A stretch of DNA of 64,000 bases from Anaerolineae bacterium. GTDB lineage: Bacteria > Chloroflexota > Anaerolineae > Aggregatilineales > Phototrophicaceae. The DNA lies in contig JAVQVU010000007.1 in NCBI GenBank assembly GCA_033579375.1, positions 63,118 through 127,117 on the forward strand, in the 5' to 3' direction. The notes beneath the pieces are model-generated. The model saw nothing but the letters and a program-made list of their open reading frames with translations, was not told the DNA's origin and did no database searches. Shown here in pieces: positions 1 to 9,779 of the stretch. Every line of letters starts with the position of its first letter. Position 1 is the stretch's first letter. The position numbers were made by a program, and so were the translations under genes.

Positions 1-608
1 TCCTGCCCATCACTTATGACCGCAGTGCTGCTGCTTTGTTGCTAGATAGCCTGAATAGCGGCGCGATCAGCCAGCAAGGGACTTCGCTGGCAGCAGCCAT
101 CCGCCGAGCCTTGCCGATGTTCGACGAGCGCAGTGGCGCACAGCGCTTCCTCATCCTGCTGACCGATGGCGAAGACCACGAGGGGGACGTGCTAGCCGCT
201 GCCCGCGAAGCTCAGTCGCGCAACGTCCGCATCGACGCTGTTGGCTTTGGTACACTTCTGGGGGGCATCATCCCCATCTATGATGCCCAGGGAATTGTTG
301 TTGACTACAAGAAAGATTCGTCGGGTAGCTTGGTTGAGACGCGCCGCGACGACGCCACGTTGAGCGCCCTCAGCCAAACAGCAGGCGGCACATACATCCC
401 CTACGAACCTGGAACGTCGCTCCAGCCCCTCATCGACGCCATCAACGGCGGCCAGCAGGGGGAGCGCATGGGCCGCTTGGTGGTGCGCCCGATTGAGCGC
501 TTCGGCTTCTTCGCTGCTCTGGCCATTCTGGCCCTAGGCTTGGAAGTATTCTTGCCCGACTCGCGCCCCAGCTCATCACGGAGGCCTAACTATGCGTCGC
601 GCTCTTAA
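1..608 (+). CDS. VWA-domain membrane protein, BatB-like (5' end lies off-window)
   Basis: Frame 3 is open from nt 3. It has a VWA block LLTDGEDHEGD and a C-terminal TM segment FFAALAILALGLEVFL. TPR, BatD-like and TPR-SH3 genes follow with overlapping stop/start codons. Confidence 0.8.
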   Translation, partial: LPITYDRSAAALLLDSLNSGAISQQGTSLAAAIRRALPMFDERSGAQRFLILLTDGEDHEGDVLAAAREAQSRNVRIDAVGFGTLLGGIIPIYDAQGIVVDYKKDSSGSLVETRRDDATLSALSQTAGGTYIPYEPGTSLQPLIDAINGGQQGERMGRLVVRPIERFGFFAALAILALGLEVFLPDSRPSSSRRPNYASRS

Positions 609-1335
609 ACTGCTGGCACTGCTGCTTACTGCTTGCAGCCCCAGCCCCCAAGCCAGCAACAACGCCGCCAATGAGCTGTTGCGCCAGGGACGCGCCCAGG
701 AAGCCCTGCGCGCTTACCAAGCCGCTCAAGTCGTCCAGCCCGACCAGCCCGTTTACTATTTCAACGCTGCTGCTGCTCTGGCAGAGCTAGGTCAGTCGGA
801 GACAGCAGCTCTGGCCTTGCGTCAGGCCATCCAGCGCGGTGATGAGGCACTGCAAGCCAATGCTCACTACAACTTGGGCAACCTCTACCTGGCTCAAGCC
901 GACTACCCATCCGCCATTCAAGCCTACCAGCAGGCTATCCTGCTGCGCCCCGATTTTGAAGACGCCCGCTTCAACCTAGAGCTGGCTCTCAGCTACTTGG
1001 ATCGGCCCACGCCGACGCCGATGGAGATGAACACTCGTCCCGATGAGCAGCAGGCCGATACCAGCGCCACGCCCACGCCCAACCCCAGCGGCATGAACGC
1101 CCCCAGTCCTACTCCGCCGCGCGTCGATCCTGGCGCCAACGAGAGAGAGCGTCTGCTCGGTGAACCAGGTGGACTGCCTGGCGGAGACAAGTTGGATGAA
1201 GATACTGAAGGCAACTTGAACATAGAAAGCGCTCGCCGCCTCCTGGAAGAAATCCCCAGACCAGCTCCTGGCTTAGGTGGATTACGCCCCACCACGACAC
1301 CTTTGCCCATCGCTCCTACATGGAAAGATTGGTGA
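592..1335 (+). CDS. TPR-repeat lipoprotein, BatC-like
   Basis: Lipobox-type signal MRRALKLLALLLTAC. TPR repeats are present (AHYNLGNLYLAQADYPSAIQAYQQAILLRPDF). The C-terminus is Pro/Thr-rich. The gene overlaps the upstream VWA gene by 17 nt. Confidence 0.65.
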   Translation: MRRALKLLALLLTACSPSPQASNNAANELLRQGRAQEALRAYQAAQVVQPDQPVYYFNAAAALAELGQSETAALALRQAIQRGDEALQANAHYNLGNLYLAQADYPSAIQAYQQAILLRPDFEDARFNLELALSYLDRPTPTPMEMNTRPDEQQADTSATPTPNPSGMNAPSPTPPRVDPGANERERLLGEPGGLPGGDKLDEDTEGNLNIESARRLLEEIPRPAPGLGGLRPTTTPLPIAPTWKDW

Positions 1336-2636
1336 TGGCCCGCTTGAATTTGCTGTGCGGCCTGCTGACCCTGCTGACTGCCGCCGCCTTTGCCCAGACG
1401 AGCGCCCTACCTTCAGATCGCTTGGTGGCGCGCTTGGATCAGATGCGGCCATTCGTCGGGCAGCCCATCGCTTACACTGTCGAAATCTACGATGCAGGCT
1501 ACGCCACAGGCCGCGTTTACACGCCGCCCAGCTTCATCGGCTTTGGCCAACAGCCCCAGGCTGTACCACCTGCACGCCCCGTCTTGGTGGATGGCCAAAG
1601 CTACACGCTGCTCAGCCAGACGACGCTCTTGTACCCTCTGTACCCCGGCCTGGTCACGATTGAACCGGCCCAACTAGACGTGCCAGGAGACAGTCAGCGG
1701 CCGTCTCTGAACCTGCGCAGCGAAGCCTTCACCCTAGAAGTACGACCGCTGCCCCCTGATCCGCCATCCACCTTCAGAAACGCCATCGGCACATTTAGCT
1801 TGCAAGCCAGCCTCAGCCGCGCAGAAATTCGCATCGGCTCAGATGTAGCCCTGAGCCTAGTCGTGCAGGGGACGGGCAATTTAGAGCGTCTCTTGCCCCC
1901 TGAGCTGAACCTACCTGAAGGTTGGCGCGCCGTCCTCGGCAACCAGAGCGTCAATAAGTTGGACATCTACAGTGGGCGCAAGACATTCACTTGGACGCTT
2001 TACCCCGATCCGAGAAGCGCTGGGCTTGTGACGCTGCCTCCCATCCTGTTCAGTGCCTTCAATCCACAGACTGAGCATTACGAGACTCGCAGCACCGATC
2101 CATTGACGCTGACCATCGTTGGACGACCTGTCAGCACTGCCGCACCCCTGCCCACGCTCAGCGCTGTGCTGTCTGTCTTCAGCTTAGATGCACAAGAGGC
2201 AGTAGATGTGGAGGCACCAGCCAGAGCTAGCGAGCCGCTCTGGCTGGCCCTGCTCGCGCCACCACCCTTGCTCTTCGCCCTGGTCGTCTTGCTCACGCGC
2301 CGCGGAGTCAAAGCGCCTGGCGCGCCGCGCGCAGCACGTGCTGTGCGTGCTGCTCCAGCAGACCAGCGCTCGCGCCTGCAAGCCGCTCGCGTCCTGCCTC
2401 CACTCCAAGCCTGCGCCGAAGTCGCTCAGGTCTTGCAGGCGCTCCAAGCTGACGCAGCCTTCCAGGCCTGGCCAGACGCCGCCAAGCGCCGTCTGCTGAC
2501 CTTGCTCAAGACGGCTCAAGCCGCACCTTACGCCCCGCTCAAAGCTGCAGACTCTGCTGCGCTCGTTGACGAGACGCTGACTCTGCTGGACGCGCTCAGC
2601 AGACGCACCACGACCAAGTCCAAAGGCCAACCATGA
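1320..2636 (+). CDS. BatD-like (oxygen-tolerance family) membrane protein
   Basis: Signal peptide present. The block FTLEVRPLPPDPPSTFRNAIGTFSL...VVQGTGNLERLLPPEL matches the BatD consensus as I recall it. A C-terminal TM segment (LWLALLAPPPLLFALVVLL) is present. ATG at 1335 is an alternative start. Confidence 0.6.
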   Translation: MERLVMARLNLLCGLLTLLTAAAFAQTSALPSDRLVARLDQMRPFVGQPIAYTVEIYDAGYATGRVYTPPSFIGFGQQPQAVPPARPVLVDGQSYTLLSQTTLLYPLYPGLVTIEPAQLDVPGDSQRPSLNLRSEAFTLEVRPLPPDPPSTFRNAIGTFSLQASLSRAEIRIGSDVALSLVVQGTGNLERLLPPELNLPEGWRAVLGNQSVNKLDIYSGRKTFTWTLYPDPRSAGLVTLPPILFSAFNPQTEHYETRSTDPLTLTIVGRPVSTAAPLPTLSAVLSVFSLDAQEAVDVEAPARASEPLWLALLAPPPLLFALVVLLTRRGVKAPGAPRAARAVRAAPADQRSRLQAARVLPPLQACAEVAQVLQALQADAAFQAWPDAAKRRLLTLLKTAQAAPYAPLKAADSAALVDETLTLLDALSRRTTTKSKGQP

Positions 2637-3349
2637 AGCGTCTGTCCTGGCTTATCTTGGCTTTGCTGTGCTGCGGGCTGGCCTATGCCCAAGACGCCCC
2701 CGACCTGAGGCAACAGGCCATCGACCGCTACGAACAGGCAGTTGCCCAGGGGGTGCGCAACGCACGCGCCTTAGCTCAGCTAGGTCGGTTGTACGCCCAA
2801 GCCGAAGACTGGCCGCGCGCTGCCCTGCGCTTCGCCCAAGCTCTAGCTTACGCCCCGCGCGATGCGTCGATCAGCGCTGCCCTGCTGGAAGCCCAGCAAC
2901 GCAGCGGCGCGTTGGTCGCGCCCCAGTCTGATCCCTGGCTGAGCATGGTCGAAGCTATGCAAAGCATGCTCAGCCGCGAAGAGTCACTGTGGTTAGCCGT
3001 CGCGTTGTGGTGGACTGTTTGGCTGCTAGCCAGCGCTATCCGTCTGCGCTCTGCTTGGCGGTCGTGGCTCTATCCTACCCTTGTCTCGCTCATCTTGTTG
3101 ACCAGCTTCTACTTCAGCCTGCTGAGCCTGCGTTTATGGGCCGAGACACAGCGTCCTCAGGTCATGCTCGTGCGGCCTAGCGCAGGCTACACTGGCCCTG
3201 GCGAAGACTTTCTGGCTTTGGGCGATTTTCCGCCTGCCACCCTGGCCCACCAAATCGAAGTGCGCGACGGTTGGGCCAGGGTGCAGTGGTCAGATGGCGG
3301 GCAGGCTTGGGTACGCAGCGAAGCGTTGGCCCTGATTGCGCTGCCCTAG
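2633..3349 (+). CDS. TPR + TM + SH3-like protein, BatE-like
   Basis: Signal peptide, TPR region, two TM helices, and a C-terminal SH3-like segment ([25 protein letters not shown]). ATGA overlap with the upstream gene. Confidence 0.6.
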   Translation: MKRLSWLILALLCCGLAYAQDAPDLRQQAIDRYEQAVAQGVRNARALAQLGRLYAQAEDWPRAALRFAQALAYAPRDASISAALLEAQQRSGALVAPQSDPWLSMVEAMQSMLSREESLWLAVALWWTVWLLASAIRLRSAWRSWLYPTLVSLILLTSFYFSLLSLRLWAETQRPQVMLVRPSAGYTGPGEDFLALGDFPPATLAHQIEVRDGWARVQWSDGGQAWVRSEALALIALP

Positions 3350-4206
3350 CTGGCCAGCAAGTCTGGAATCTGCTCTGGATTGGCGGCCACGCGCACGCCT
3401 GCCGCTTCCAGCGCCGCAATCTTCTCTTCCGCCGAGCCTTCGCTACCTTCGACGATGGCGCCAGCGTGGCCCATGCGCCGCCCTGGAGGCGCGCTGCGTC
3501 CGGCGATGAAGGCTGCGACCGGCTTCGTCATGTGGTTCTTGATATATTCGGCAGCATCAATCTCGGCGCGTCCGCCAATTTCGCCCAGCAGCACGACGCT
3601 GGACGTGTCCGGATCGTTCTCAAACATCTGCAACACGTCGATGAACGTCGTGCCGATGACTGGGTCGCCGCCAATGCCGACGAACGTCGTCTGGCCCATG
3701 CCACGCCGCGACAGCGCGAAGCCCACTTCGTAGGTCAGCGTACCGCTCTTGGACACCACGCCAATGTGGCCGGGCATGCCGATCATGCCAGGGATAATAC
3801 CGATCTTAGCCTGGCCAGGCGTCATGACGCCAGGACAATTCGGGCCAATCAGGCGCGCACCCTTGAGTTTAACGTAGGCCACCGCCTTCATCATCTCCGA
3901 CACAGGGATATGCTCTGTTAGGCAGACGATGAGCTTAATGCCGCCGTCCACTGCTTCGTAAATCGCCTCAGCGGCGAAAGCTGCCGGCACAGCAATTAAG
4001 CTGTGGGTGGCGCCAGTGGCTTCGACAGCCTTGCTCACCGTGTCGAAGACAGGCTTGCCTTCAAACCATTCACCGCCACGCCCTGGTGTTACGCCGCCAA
4101 CGACGTTCGTCCCGTACTCCATCATCAACTTGGCATGAAAGCCGCCCTGCTTGCCAGTAATGCCCTGCACGATGACAGGGCTTTGTTTGTCCACCAGGAT
4201 CGCCAT
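3346..4206 (-). CDS. sucD: succinyl-CoA synthetase alpha subunit
   Basis: N-terminus [24 protein letters not shown]. The phosphohistidine region MGHAGAIV is present. It lies immediately downstream of sucC with a 1-nt gap. Confidence 0.95.
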   Translation of the reverse strand: MAILVDKQSPVIVQGITGKQGGFHAKLMMEYGTNVVGGVTPGRGGEWFEGKPVFDTVSKAVEATGATHSLIAVPAAFAAEAIYEAVDGGIKLIVCLTEHIPVSEMMKAVAYVKLKGARLIGPNCPGVMTPGQAKIGIIPGMIGMPGHIGVVSKSGTLTYEVGFALSRRGMGQTTFVGIGGDPVIGTTFIDVLQMFENDPDTSSVVLLGEIGGRAEIDAAEYIKNHMTKPVAAFIAGRSAPPGRRMGHAGAIVEGSEGSAEEKIAALEAAGVRVAANPEQIPDLLAS

Positions 4207-4207
4207 C

Positions 4208-5368
4208 TCACATCGCCTTCTTCGCAGCTTCGACGGCCTTTTGCGCCGCCTCAGTCAAGGTCTCTGCACTCACCACGTTAGGAATCTGCGCCGCGTCGAT
4301 CAGCGCGCGGCCCTCTGCGGCATTCGTCCCCTGCAGGCGGATGATGATCGGCACGCTAGGCTTGACCTCATCGTAAGCAACTAGAATGCCGCGCGCCACG
4401 TCATCGCAACGGGTAATGCCGCCGAAGATGTTGATGAGGACGGACTTCACGTTGCTATCGGAGAGGATAATGCGCAGCGCGGCTGCCACCTGATCGCTGC
4501 TTGCGCCACCGCCAATGTCCAGGAAGTTGGCTGGGCCAATGCCATCAGCCTCGCCATAGAGCTTGGTCATGTCCATCGTAGTCATGGCCAGGCCGGCGCC
4601 ATTGACCATGCAGCCAATTTGGCCGTCCAACTTGATGAAGGTAATCTCCGCTTCGCGAGCCTTCGTCTCGCTCTCTGGTTCTTCGCTTAAATCGCGCATG
4701 GCAGCTAGCTTGGGCTGGCGATAGAGTGCGTTGTCATCGATGATGACCTTGCCATCTAGGGCCAGCAGCTTGCCCTCGGTGGTGATGACCAGCGGGTTAA
4801 TCTCAGCCAGCTCAGCGTCGCTCTTGATGTAGCATTCGTAGAGTTGTTGAACAATCTGGACAAAGGCGCGGTAATGCTCGCGCGGCACGCCCATCGCGCT
4901 CACGACGTTGTTGGCGTGGTAGACCTTGAGGCCCACTAGCGGATCGATATGTAAGCGGACGATGGCCGAGGGTTTCTTGACGGCCAATTCCTCAATATCC
5001 ATGCCACCTTCGGCAGAAGCGATGATGAGTGCGCGCCCTGCCTGGCGGTCGTTAGTGATGGCCAAGTAGATTTCTTGCTGGATGTTGGCAGCAGGATCGA
5101 CCAAGACTTGGCGCACTGTCAGGCCTTTGATGGTCATGCCCAGGATTTTGCTGGCCACTTCGCGGGCTTCTTCGGGTGACTTAGCCAGCTTGACGCCGCC
5201 GGCCTTGCCACGCCCGCCCACATGAACCTGAGCTTTGACGACGACCGCGCCGCCAATCTCGGCTGCAATGGCATAGGCTTCATCCGACGTGGTGGCGACT
5301 TTGCCACGCGGCACGGGGATGCCGTACTCCCCAAATAAAGCCTTCGACTGAAATTCGTGGAGTTTCAA
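4208..5368 (-). CDS. sucC: succinyl-CoA synthetase beta subunit
   Basis: The canonical N-terminus (M)[19 protein letters not shown] begins at a TTG at 5368, preceded by GGAGG. The ATP-grasp and ligase-CoA domains are present. The track ORF up to 5767 is a spurious 5' extension. Confidence 0.93.
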   Translation of the reverse strand: MKLHEFQSKALFGEYGIPVPRGKVATTSDEAYAIAAEIGGAVVVKAQVHVGGRGKAGGVKLAKSPEEAREVASKILGMTIKGLTVRQVLVDPAANIQQEIYLAITNDRQAGRALIIASAEGGMDIEELAVKKPSAIVRLHIDPLVGLKVYHANNVVSAMGVPREHYRAFVQIVQQLYECYIKSDAELAEINPLVITTEGKLLALDGKVIIDDNALYRQPKLAAMRDLSEEPESETKAREAEITFIKLDGQIGCMVNGAGLAMTTMDMTKLYGEADGIGPANFLDIGGGASSDQVAAALRIILSDSNVKSVLINIFGGITRCDDVARGILVAYDEVKPSVPIIIRLQGTNAAEGRALIDAAQIPNVVSAETLTEAAQKAVEAAKKAM

Positions 5369-5501
5369 CGCTGACCTCCAAAAGAGATGGGTATGTATTG
5401 AAGGCGAATATTTCGGGCCGATTATAACCCAGGCCTTTGTCTGCTCACACACCCAACAAGAGGAAGACAGGCCATTTGCTATCCCGCGCCTAAGCTTCAA
5501 G

Positions 5502-5529
5502 TTGTGGATTTTCCAACCTGCGCTATACT
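5502..5529 (+). promoter_or_regulatory. putative sigma70-type promoter for the LysM/PT-rich gene
   Basis: TTGTGG (5502-5507), 16-nt spacer, TATACT (5524-5529), about 40 nt upstream of the ATG at 5568. Confidence 0.3.
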
Positions 5530-5567
5530 TCACAGCAGATACAGCCGCGCAACGGTCAGGAGTGGAC

Positions 5568-7535
5568 ATGGAATCGCCACGTTTACACGGCATCCTCAGC
5601 ATATGGTTGGCCCTCTGCTTGGCTCTGACGGGCTTCGTGCAGGCGCAAGAGACGAATCTGCTCAACAACCCTGGCTTTGAAGGGGGCTTCACCCAGTACA
5701 GCGGCGAACAACCGCGTTCGGTTGCCAACGGCTGGACGCCCTGGAACGTGGCTCGCGATCCTGGCATGCCCTCTTTTCAGAACACGCCGCCCAAATATTT
5801 GGCTGCTTCTGCGGCCTCCGCCGCTGGCATCACGCCGCGCATTCGTAGCGGCAGCAACGCCCAAATTTACTATTCGTTCTTCGAGACGCACGACGGCGGC
5901 ATTTATCAGCAGGTGAGCGGGATTACGCCTGGCACAGAGCTGCGCTTTAGTCTGTATGCCTATGTCTGGTCGTCCACCTTCAGCGACCAGGACAGGAGCG
6001 ACGATCCTGGCGACGTCGCCCTGCGCGTCGGCATTGACCCGACTGGCGGCACAGACGCCACCGCCAGCCGCGTCGTCTACTCCACCCCCCTCATCGCCTA
6101 TGACACTTTCCGCGAATACTCGGTGATCGCCACCGCGCAGTCCAGCACGGTCACTGTCTTCGTGCGCTCCACCGTCGGCCTACCCGTACAGTCCACCTAC
6201 ATTTACCTCGACGATGCCGTCCTGGCCCAGACGACAGACAGCAGCGCGACGCTGCCCACCAGCACGCCACCTTTGCCACAGGCCACCGTCACCAATACCC
6301 CTCTGTCGGCAACGAATACGCCGCAACTGCCCACTAGCACGCCCATCCTACCCACAGCCACTCCCATCCTACCGACGGTGACCCCTGTCGTTGTGCAGCC
6401 GACCAACACCAGCGCACCAATCATCATCCCAAGCGAAACGCCGCTCCTGCCCACTGTTACCCCCGCCATCGTGCAACCGCCGACAGCGACTTCGGCCATC
6501 ATCATCGCAGCTAGCGACACACCGCGCCCTGCCACCAATACGCCTGTGCCACCGACGCCTATCCTGCCAACGGCCACCCTGCCCGTCATCATCGTCGCCA
6601 GCGACACGCCGCGCCCTGCCACCAACACGCCTGTGCCACCGACAGCTACGCCCATCTTGCCAACGGCCACCCTGCCCGTCATCATCGTCGCCAGCGACAC
6701 ACCGCGTCCCAGCCCAGAGCCGCCTACGCCCACCCGTGAAGTCTTGGTGACTCTGCCGCCTGCCACCAACACGCCTCCGTCTAGCTTCGCTGAGTTCCCT
6801 GGCACGCTGACTCACGTCGTACGCAGTGGCGACAGCATCGCCTCGCTGGCTTCACTCTATGGCAGCTCCATCGCTGCCATCCTAGCTGCCAACGGTTTAC
6901 CGCCCAACGCCGAGCTGGCCAGTGGACAAACGCTCTTCATCCCTGTTGCTATCGCCAACGTCATTCCGCCCACGCGCCCGCCCGTCATCGTGGCTACGCC
7001 AACAGCGGTCATCCCACCCATCGGCGGGTTCAACACCCCTGTGCTGCCCCAGCCTGTTCCAACGAATGCTCCTAGCATCGTCGCCTTCGAGTACACTGTG
7101 CAGCGCAGCGACTCACTGTGGTTGATCGCCCAACGCTTCCGCACCACCATAGCGACGCTAGTGCAGATTAACGGCATTGCTAACCCGAACAGTTTGCGGC
7201 CCGGCCAACGCATCTTCGTGCCTGTCAGCGAAGGGATTGGCGGCCCAATCGCGCCTCTGCCACCTGCTCCCACGCCCACGCCGCGCATAGTCGTCGTCAC
7301 TAACACGCCACCGCCGGTAGTGATCGTCGTCACTAACACCCCTGCACCAGTGGTCGTGACGCCCAGCAGGCCACCGACAGCCATCGGCACATACATCGTC
7401 CGACCTGGTGACAGCCTCTACCTGATCGCAGTGCGCTTCGGCGTATCCATCGTCGATCTTGGTCGCCTGAACAACATCAGCAACTACAACCTGATCTTCG
7501 TCGGACAACGACTGCTCATCCCAGGACGGCGCTGA
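5568..7535 (+). CDS. secreted protein: jelly-roll/CBM-like domain, Pro/Thr linker, three LysM domains
   Basis: The ATG at 5568 gives the signal peptide MESPRLHGILSIWLALCLALTGFVQAQ. An N-terminal domain starts NLLNNPGFEGGF. A PT-rich region of roughly 200 aa follows. Three LysM-like segments are present (THVVRSGDSIASLASLYG, YTVQRSDSLWLIAQRF, YIVRPGDSLYLIAVRFG). Confidence 0.75.
   Translation: MESPRLHGILSIWLALCLALTGFVQAQETNLLNNPGFEGGFTQYSGEQPRSVANGWTPWNVARDPGMPSFQNTPPKYLAASAASAAGITPRIRSGSNAQIYYSFFETHDGGIYQQVSGITPGTELRFSLYAYVWSSTFSDQDRSDDPGDVALRVGIDPTGGTDATASRVVYSTPLIAYDTFREYSVIATAQSSTVTVFVRSTVGLPVQSTYIYLDDAVLAQTTDSSATLPTSTPPLPQATVTNTPLSATNTPQLPTSTPILPTATPILPTVTPVVVQPTNTSAPIIIPSETPLLPTVTPAIVQPPTATSAIIIAASDTPRPATNTPVPPTPILPTATLPVIIVASDTPRPATNTPVPPTATPILPTATLPVIIVASDTPRPSPEPPTPTREVLVTLPPATNTPPSSFAEFPGTLTHVVRSGDSIASLASLYGSSIAAILAANGLPPNAELASGQTLFIPVAIANVIPPTRPPVIVATPTAVIPPIGGFNTPVLPQPVPTNAPSIVAFEYTVQRSDSLWLIAQRFRTTIATLVQINGIANPNSLRPGQRIFVPVSEGIGGPIAPLPPAPTPTPRIVVVTNTPPPVVIVVTNTPAPVVVTPSRPPTAIGTYIVRPGDSLYLIAVRFGVSIVDLGRLNNISNYNLIFVGQRLLIPGRR
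6501..6710 (+). repeat. in-frame tandem repeat (about 2.3 copies of a 90-93-bp unit) encoding a PT-rich linker
   Basis: Unit ...ASDTPRPATNTPVPPT(A)TPILPTATLPVII... is repeated at 6501-6590 and 6591-6683, with a partial copy at 6684-6710. The copies are nearly identical at the DNA level. Confidence 0.85.
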
Positions 7536-7538
7536 GTC

Positions 7539-7916
7539 ATGCCGCAGTATCGCGTTGTGCGCAATCAGCGCAATGGTCAGGTGGTCTTGCAGCGGGCCAG
7601 ATGGTGCGCCAGCGCCTGGTGTCACTTTCGCGGCCTGCAATTCGTCCGCTACTTGCCCGAAGGCGAAGGCCTGCTCTTCGTCCGCAGCGGCGAATCCATC
7701 GCTGGAACGACGATCCATATGTTCTTCATGGCTTTCCCGATAGCCGTCGTCTGGCTGAATAAGCATGGCCAGGTCATCGATAAGCAGTACGCCAAAGTTT
7801 GGCGACCCGCCTATGCGCCGCACAGCAAGGCCCAGTACTACATTGAAGCCAATCCTTCTTTGCTAGATCACGTGGAGATTGGCGACACCCTGACCTTTGA
7901 CGAGGTCGTGCCTTGA
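7539..7916 (+). CDS. DUF192-like small protein
   Basis: 125 aa. The pattern GLLFV...IHMFFMAFPIAVVWLNKHGQVID resembles the DUF192 (COG1430) signature. It starts 4 nt after the upstream gene and overlaps the downstream LysM-M23 gene. Confidence 0.55.
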   Translation: MPQYRVVRNQRNGQVVLQRARWCASAWCHFRGLQFVRYLPEGEGLLFVRSGESIAGTTIHMFFMAFPIAVVWLNKHGQVIDKQYAKVWRPAYAPHSKAQYYIEANPSLLDHVEIGDTLTFDEVVP

Positions 7917-9325
7917 AACATCGCTTTATCATCCTGATGATCCTCTGCTTGAGCTTGATTGGGAGGTCGAACAGTCAAGCCACGCCCACCCCTGCTCCGC
8001 TCGGCTTGACAATCCACGTCCTCCAGCGTGGCGAAACGCTGGAAGGCCTAGCCCAGGCTTATGGCCTGAGCCTGGCTGATCTGCTGCGCCTCAACAGTTT
8101 GAGTGACGCGCAGTCTGTCCAGGTGGGTCAACGTTTGCTCGTGCCAGCTCAGATCATCGCTGACAGCCCCACCCAGCCCTACATCGTCCAGCCCGGTGAG
8201 ACGTTGGACAGCCTCGCCAACCGTTTCGGCTTGGCCATAGCAGAGCTGATCCAAATCAATGGCATCACCGATCCCAACCAAGTCTACAGCGGCCAGGTGA
8301 TCCAGCTACCCAGCAGCGTTCAGCTGCCTGATGAAGTCACCAACGCAGGCACGCCCATCCTGCACACTGTTCAGCGCGGCGAGACGCTCTTCCAGATTGC
8401 CCTGGCCTACGGCTCAACTGTCAGCGACTTGGTGAACGCCAATAGCATTGCCGACCCGACTCGTATCTTCGTTGGGCAACAGCTCATCATCCCTGTCCAG
8501 ACGCGCGGCAGCGCGGCACAGGCTCTGCCCGCCCCGCTCACCAGTCTGCAAGTCGTCCCGCTGGCTTTCGTTGAAGGCGAGACGGGAGTGCTGCGCTTCA
8601 GCACCAGCCAGCCTACGCAGATCAGCGGCACATTCCTAGAGCGCGAGCTACGCATCATCAGCGATGACGGCCTTCAGCACCTTGCTATCATCGGCGTGCC
8701 GCTGCTGACACCAGCGGGCATTTATCGTGTCTCGCTCCGCCTAGCTTCAAATAGCACAACAATCCCTTTCGCCTTCAACCTGCGCGTGCTAAGTGGCAGC
8801 TACGCCACCAGCAACTTGAACCTGTCACAGGAACAAATGGCCCTGCTTGCGCCAGCCGTTGAAGAATTCGAGCTTGGACTACTCACTAGAGTCACCACAC
8901 CGTTCAACATTCGGCGTCTATACACGGCGCCCTTCAGCCTGCCGGCGGCGGCAGCCATGAACGCGCCTTTCGGCACGCGCCGCTCCTACAACGGTGGCGA
9001 AGTCAACCGCATCCACAATGGCGCCGACTTCGCCAGCGCGCCAGGCGCTCCTGTCTATGCTGCTGCTGCTGGTCGCGTCGTCCTGGCTGATTTGCTCAAC
9101 ATACGTGGCAATACCATCGTCCTCGATCACGGCTGGGGGGTATACAGCGTCTACGCCCATCTCAGCAGCATGAGCGTACAGCTCGGTGACAGTGTGCGCG
9201 TAGGACAGATCATCGGCGCTGCCGGCGCAACGGGCCGCGTCACAGGCCCACATTTGCATTGGGAAGTGTGGGTCAATGGAGTCTCGGTTAATCCTTTGCA
9301 ATGGACACATCAAACGATCCCTTGA
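7913..9325 (+). CDS. LysM-domain M23 family metallopeptidase
   Basis: TTG start and signal peptide. Three LysM segments are present (HVLQRGETLEGLAQAYG, YIVQPGETLDSLANRFG, HTVQRGETLFQIALAYG). C-terminal M23 motifs HNGADFA and GPHLHWEVWV are present. Confidence 0.85.
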   Translation: MKHRFIILMILCLSLIGRSNSQATPTPAPLGLTIHVLQRGETLEGLAQAYGLSLADLLRLNSLSDAQSVQVGQRLLVPAQIIADSPTQPYIVQPGETLDSLANRFGLAIAELIQINGITDPNQVYSGQVIQLPSSVQLPDEVTNAGTPILHTVQRGETLFQIALAYGSTVSDLVNANSIADPTRIFVGQQLIIPVQTRGSAAQALPAPLTSLQVVPLAFVEGETGVLRFSTSQPTQISGTFLERELRIISDDGLQHLAIIGVPLLTPAGIYRVSLRLASNSTTIPFAFNLRVLSGSYATSNLNLSQEQMALLAPAVEEFELGLLTRVTTPFNIRRLYTAPFSLPAAAAMNAPFGTRRSYNGGEVNRIHNGADFASAPGAPVYAAAAGRVVLADLLNIRGNTIVLDHGWGVYSVYAHLSSMSVQLGDSVRVGQIIGAAGATGRVTGPHLHWEVWVNGVSVNPLQWTHQTIP

Positions 9326-9332
9326 CGTTCCA

Positions 9333-9704
9333 TCAGCTTGCGTGCAAGAAACTTTCTATCGTCTCAAGCAATTCTTTGCGACTCACTGGCTTAGCCAGAT
9401 AACCATCGCAACCAGCTTCCAAAAAGCGCTCACGGTCACCAAACATAGCATTCGCCGTGAGAGCGATCACCGGGATGTGCCGCAGAGCGGGATTAGCCTT
9501 AATCATCGAAGTCACCTGTACGCCGTCGATGTCGGGTAGGTTGATGTCCATCAGAATCAGATCAGGACGCCTCGTCCGAGCCATCTCCAACCCAGTCGTG
9601 CCGTCCATTGCTTCCAGCATGTCGTAGCCTGCTGCGCTGAGCATTTTACGCACTAGACGCATGTTCTGAGGATTGTCGTCAACATAAAGGATGACAGCAG
9701 ACAT
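9333..9704 (-). CDS. stand-alone response regulator receiver domain (CheY-like)
   Basis: 123 aa. It has ILYVDDNPQNMRL, the phospho-acceptor context LILMDINLPDIDG, and a conserved Lys near the C-terminus (YLAKP). Confidence 0.85.
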   Translation of the reverse strand: MSAVILYVDDNPQNMRLVRKMLSAAGYDMLEAMDGTTGLEMARTRRPDLILMDINLPDIDGVQVTSMIKANPALRHIPVIALTANAMFGDRERFLEAGCDGYLAKPVSRKELLETIESFLHAS

Positions 9705-9779
9705 AGCTAACGATCTTTGGGTGGTGGTTCTTCTCTGATGACCATTATCTCCTTCGTGTGGTGTTAAGACAAGTTAAGG

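Noticed and set aside
5369-5767. A 133-codon N-terminal extension of the sucC ORF in the track.
   Set aside because: The canonical SucC N-terminus (M)KLHEFQSK starts at TTG 5368 with a GGAGG RBS. The extension has no homology features and would consume the divergent promoter region.
6501-6710. Tandem repeats considered as a possible CRISPR or non-coding repeat array.
   Set aside because: The repeats are contiguous with no spacers. They are in frame and encode a Pro/Thr linker inside a secreted protein. No cas genes are present.
9707-9745. A 12-codon upstream ORF (MVIREEPPPKDR) ahead of the response-regulator gene, with AAGGAG nearby and a TAG stop 2 nt before the regulator ATG.
   Set aside because: The RBS-to-ATG spacing is only about 3 nt. 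The peptide has no recognisable leader-peptide logic, and no alternative RNA structures were evident. It is probably coincidental.
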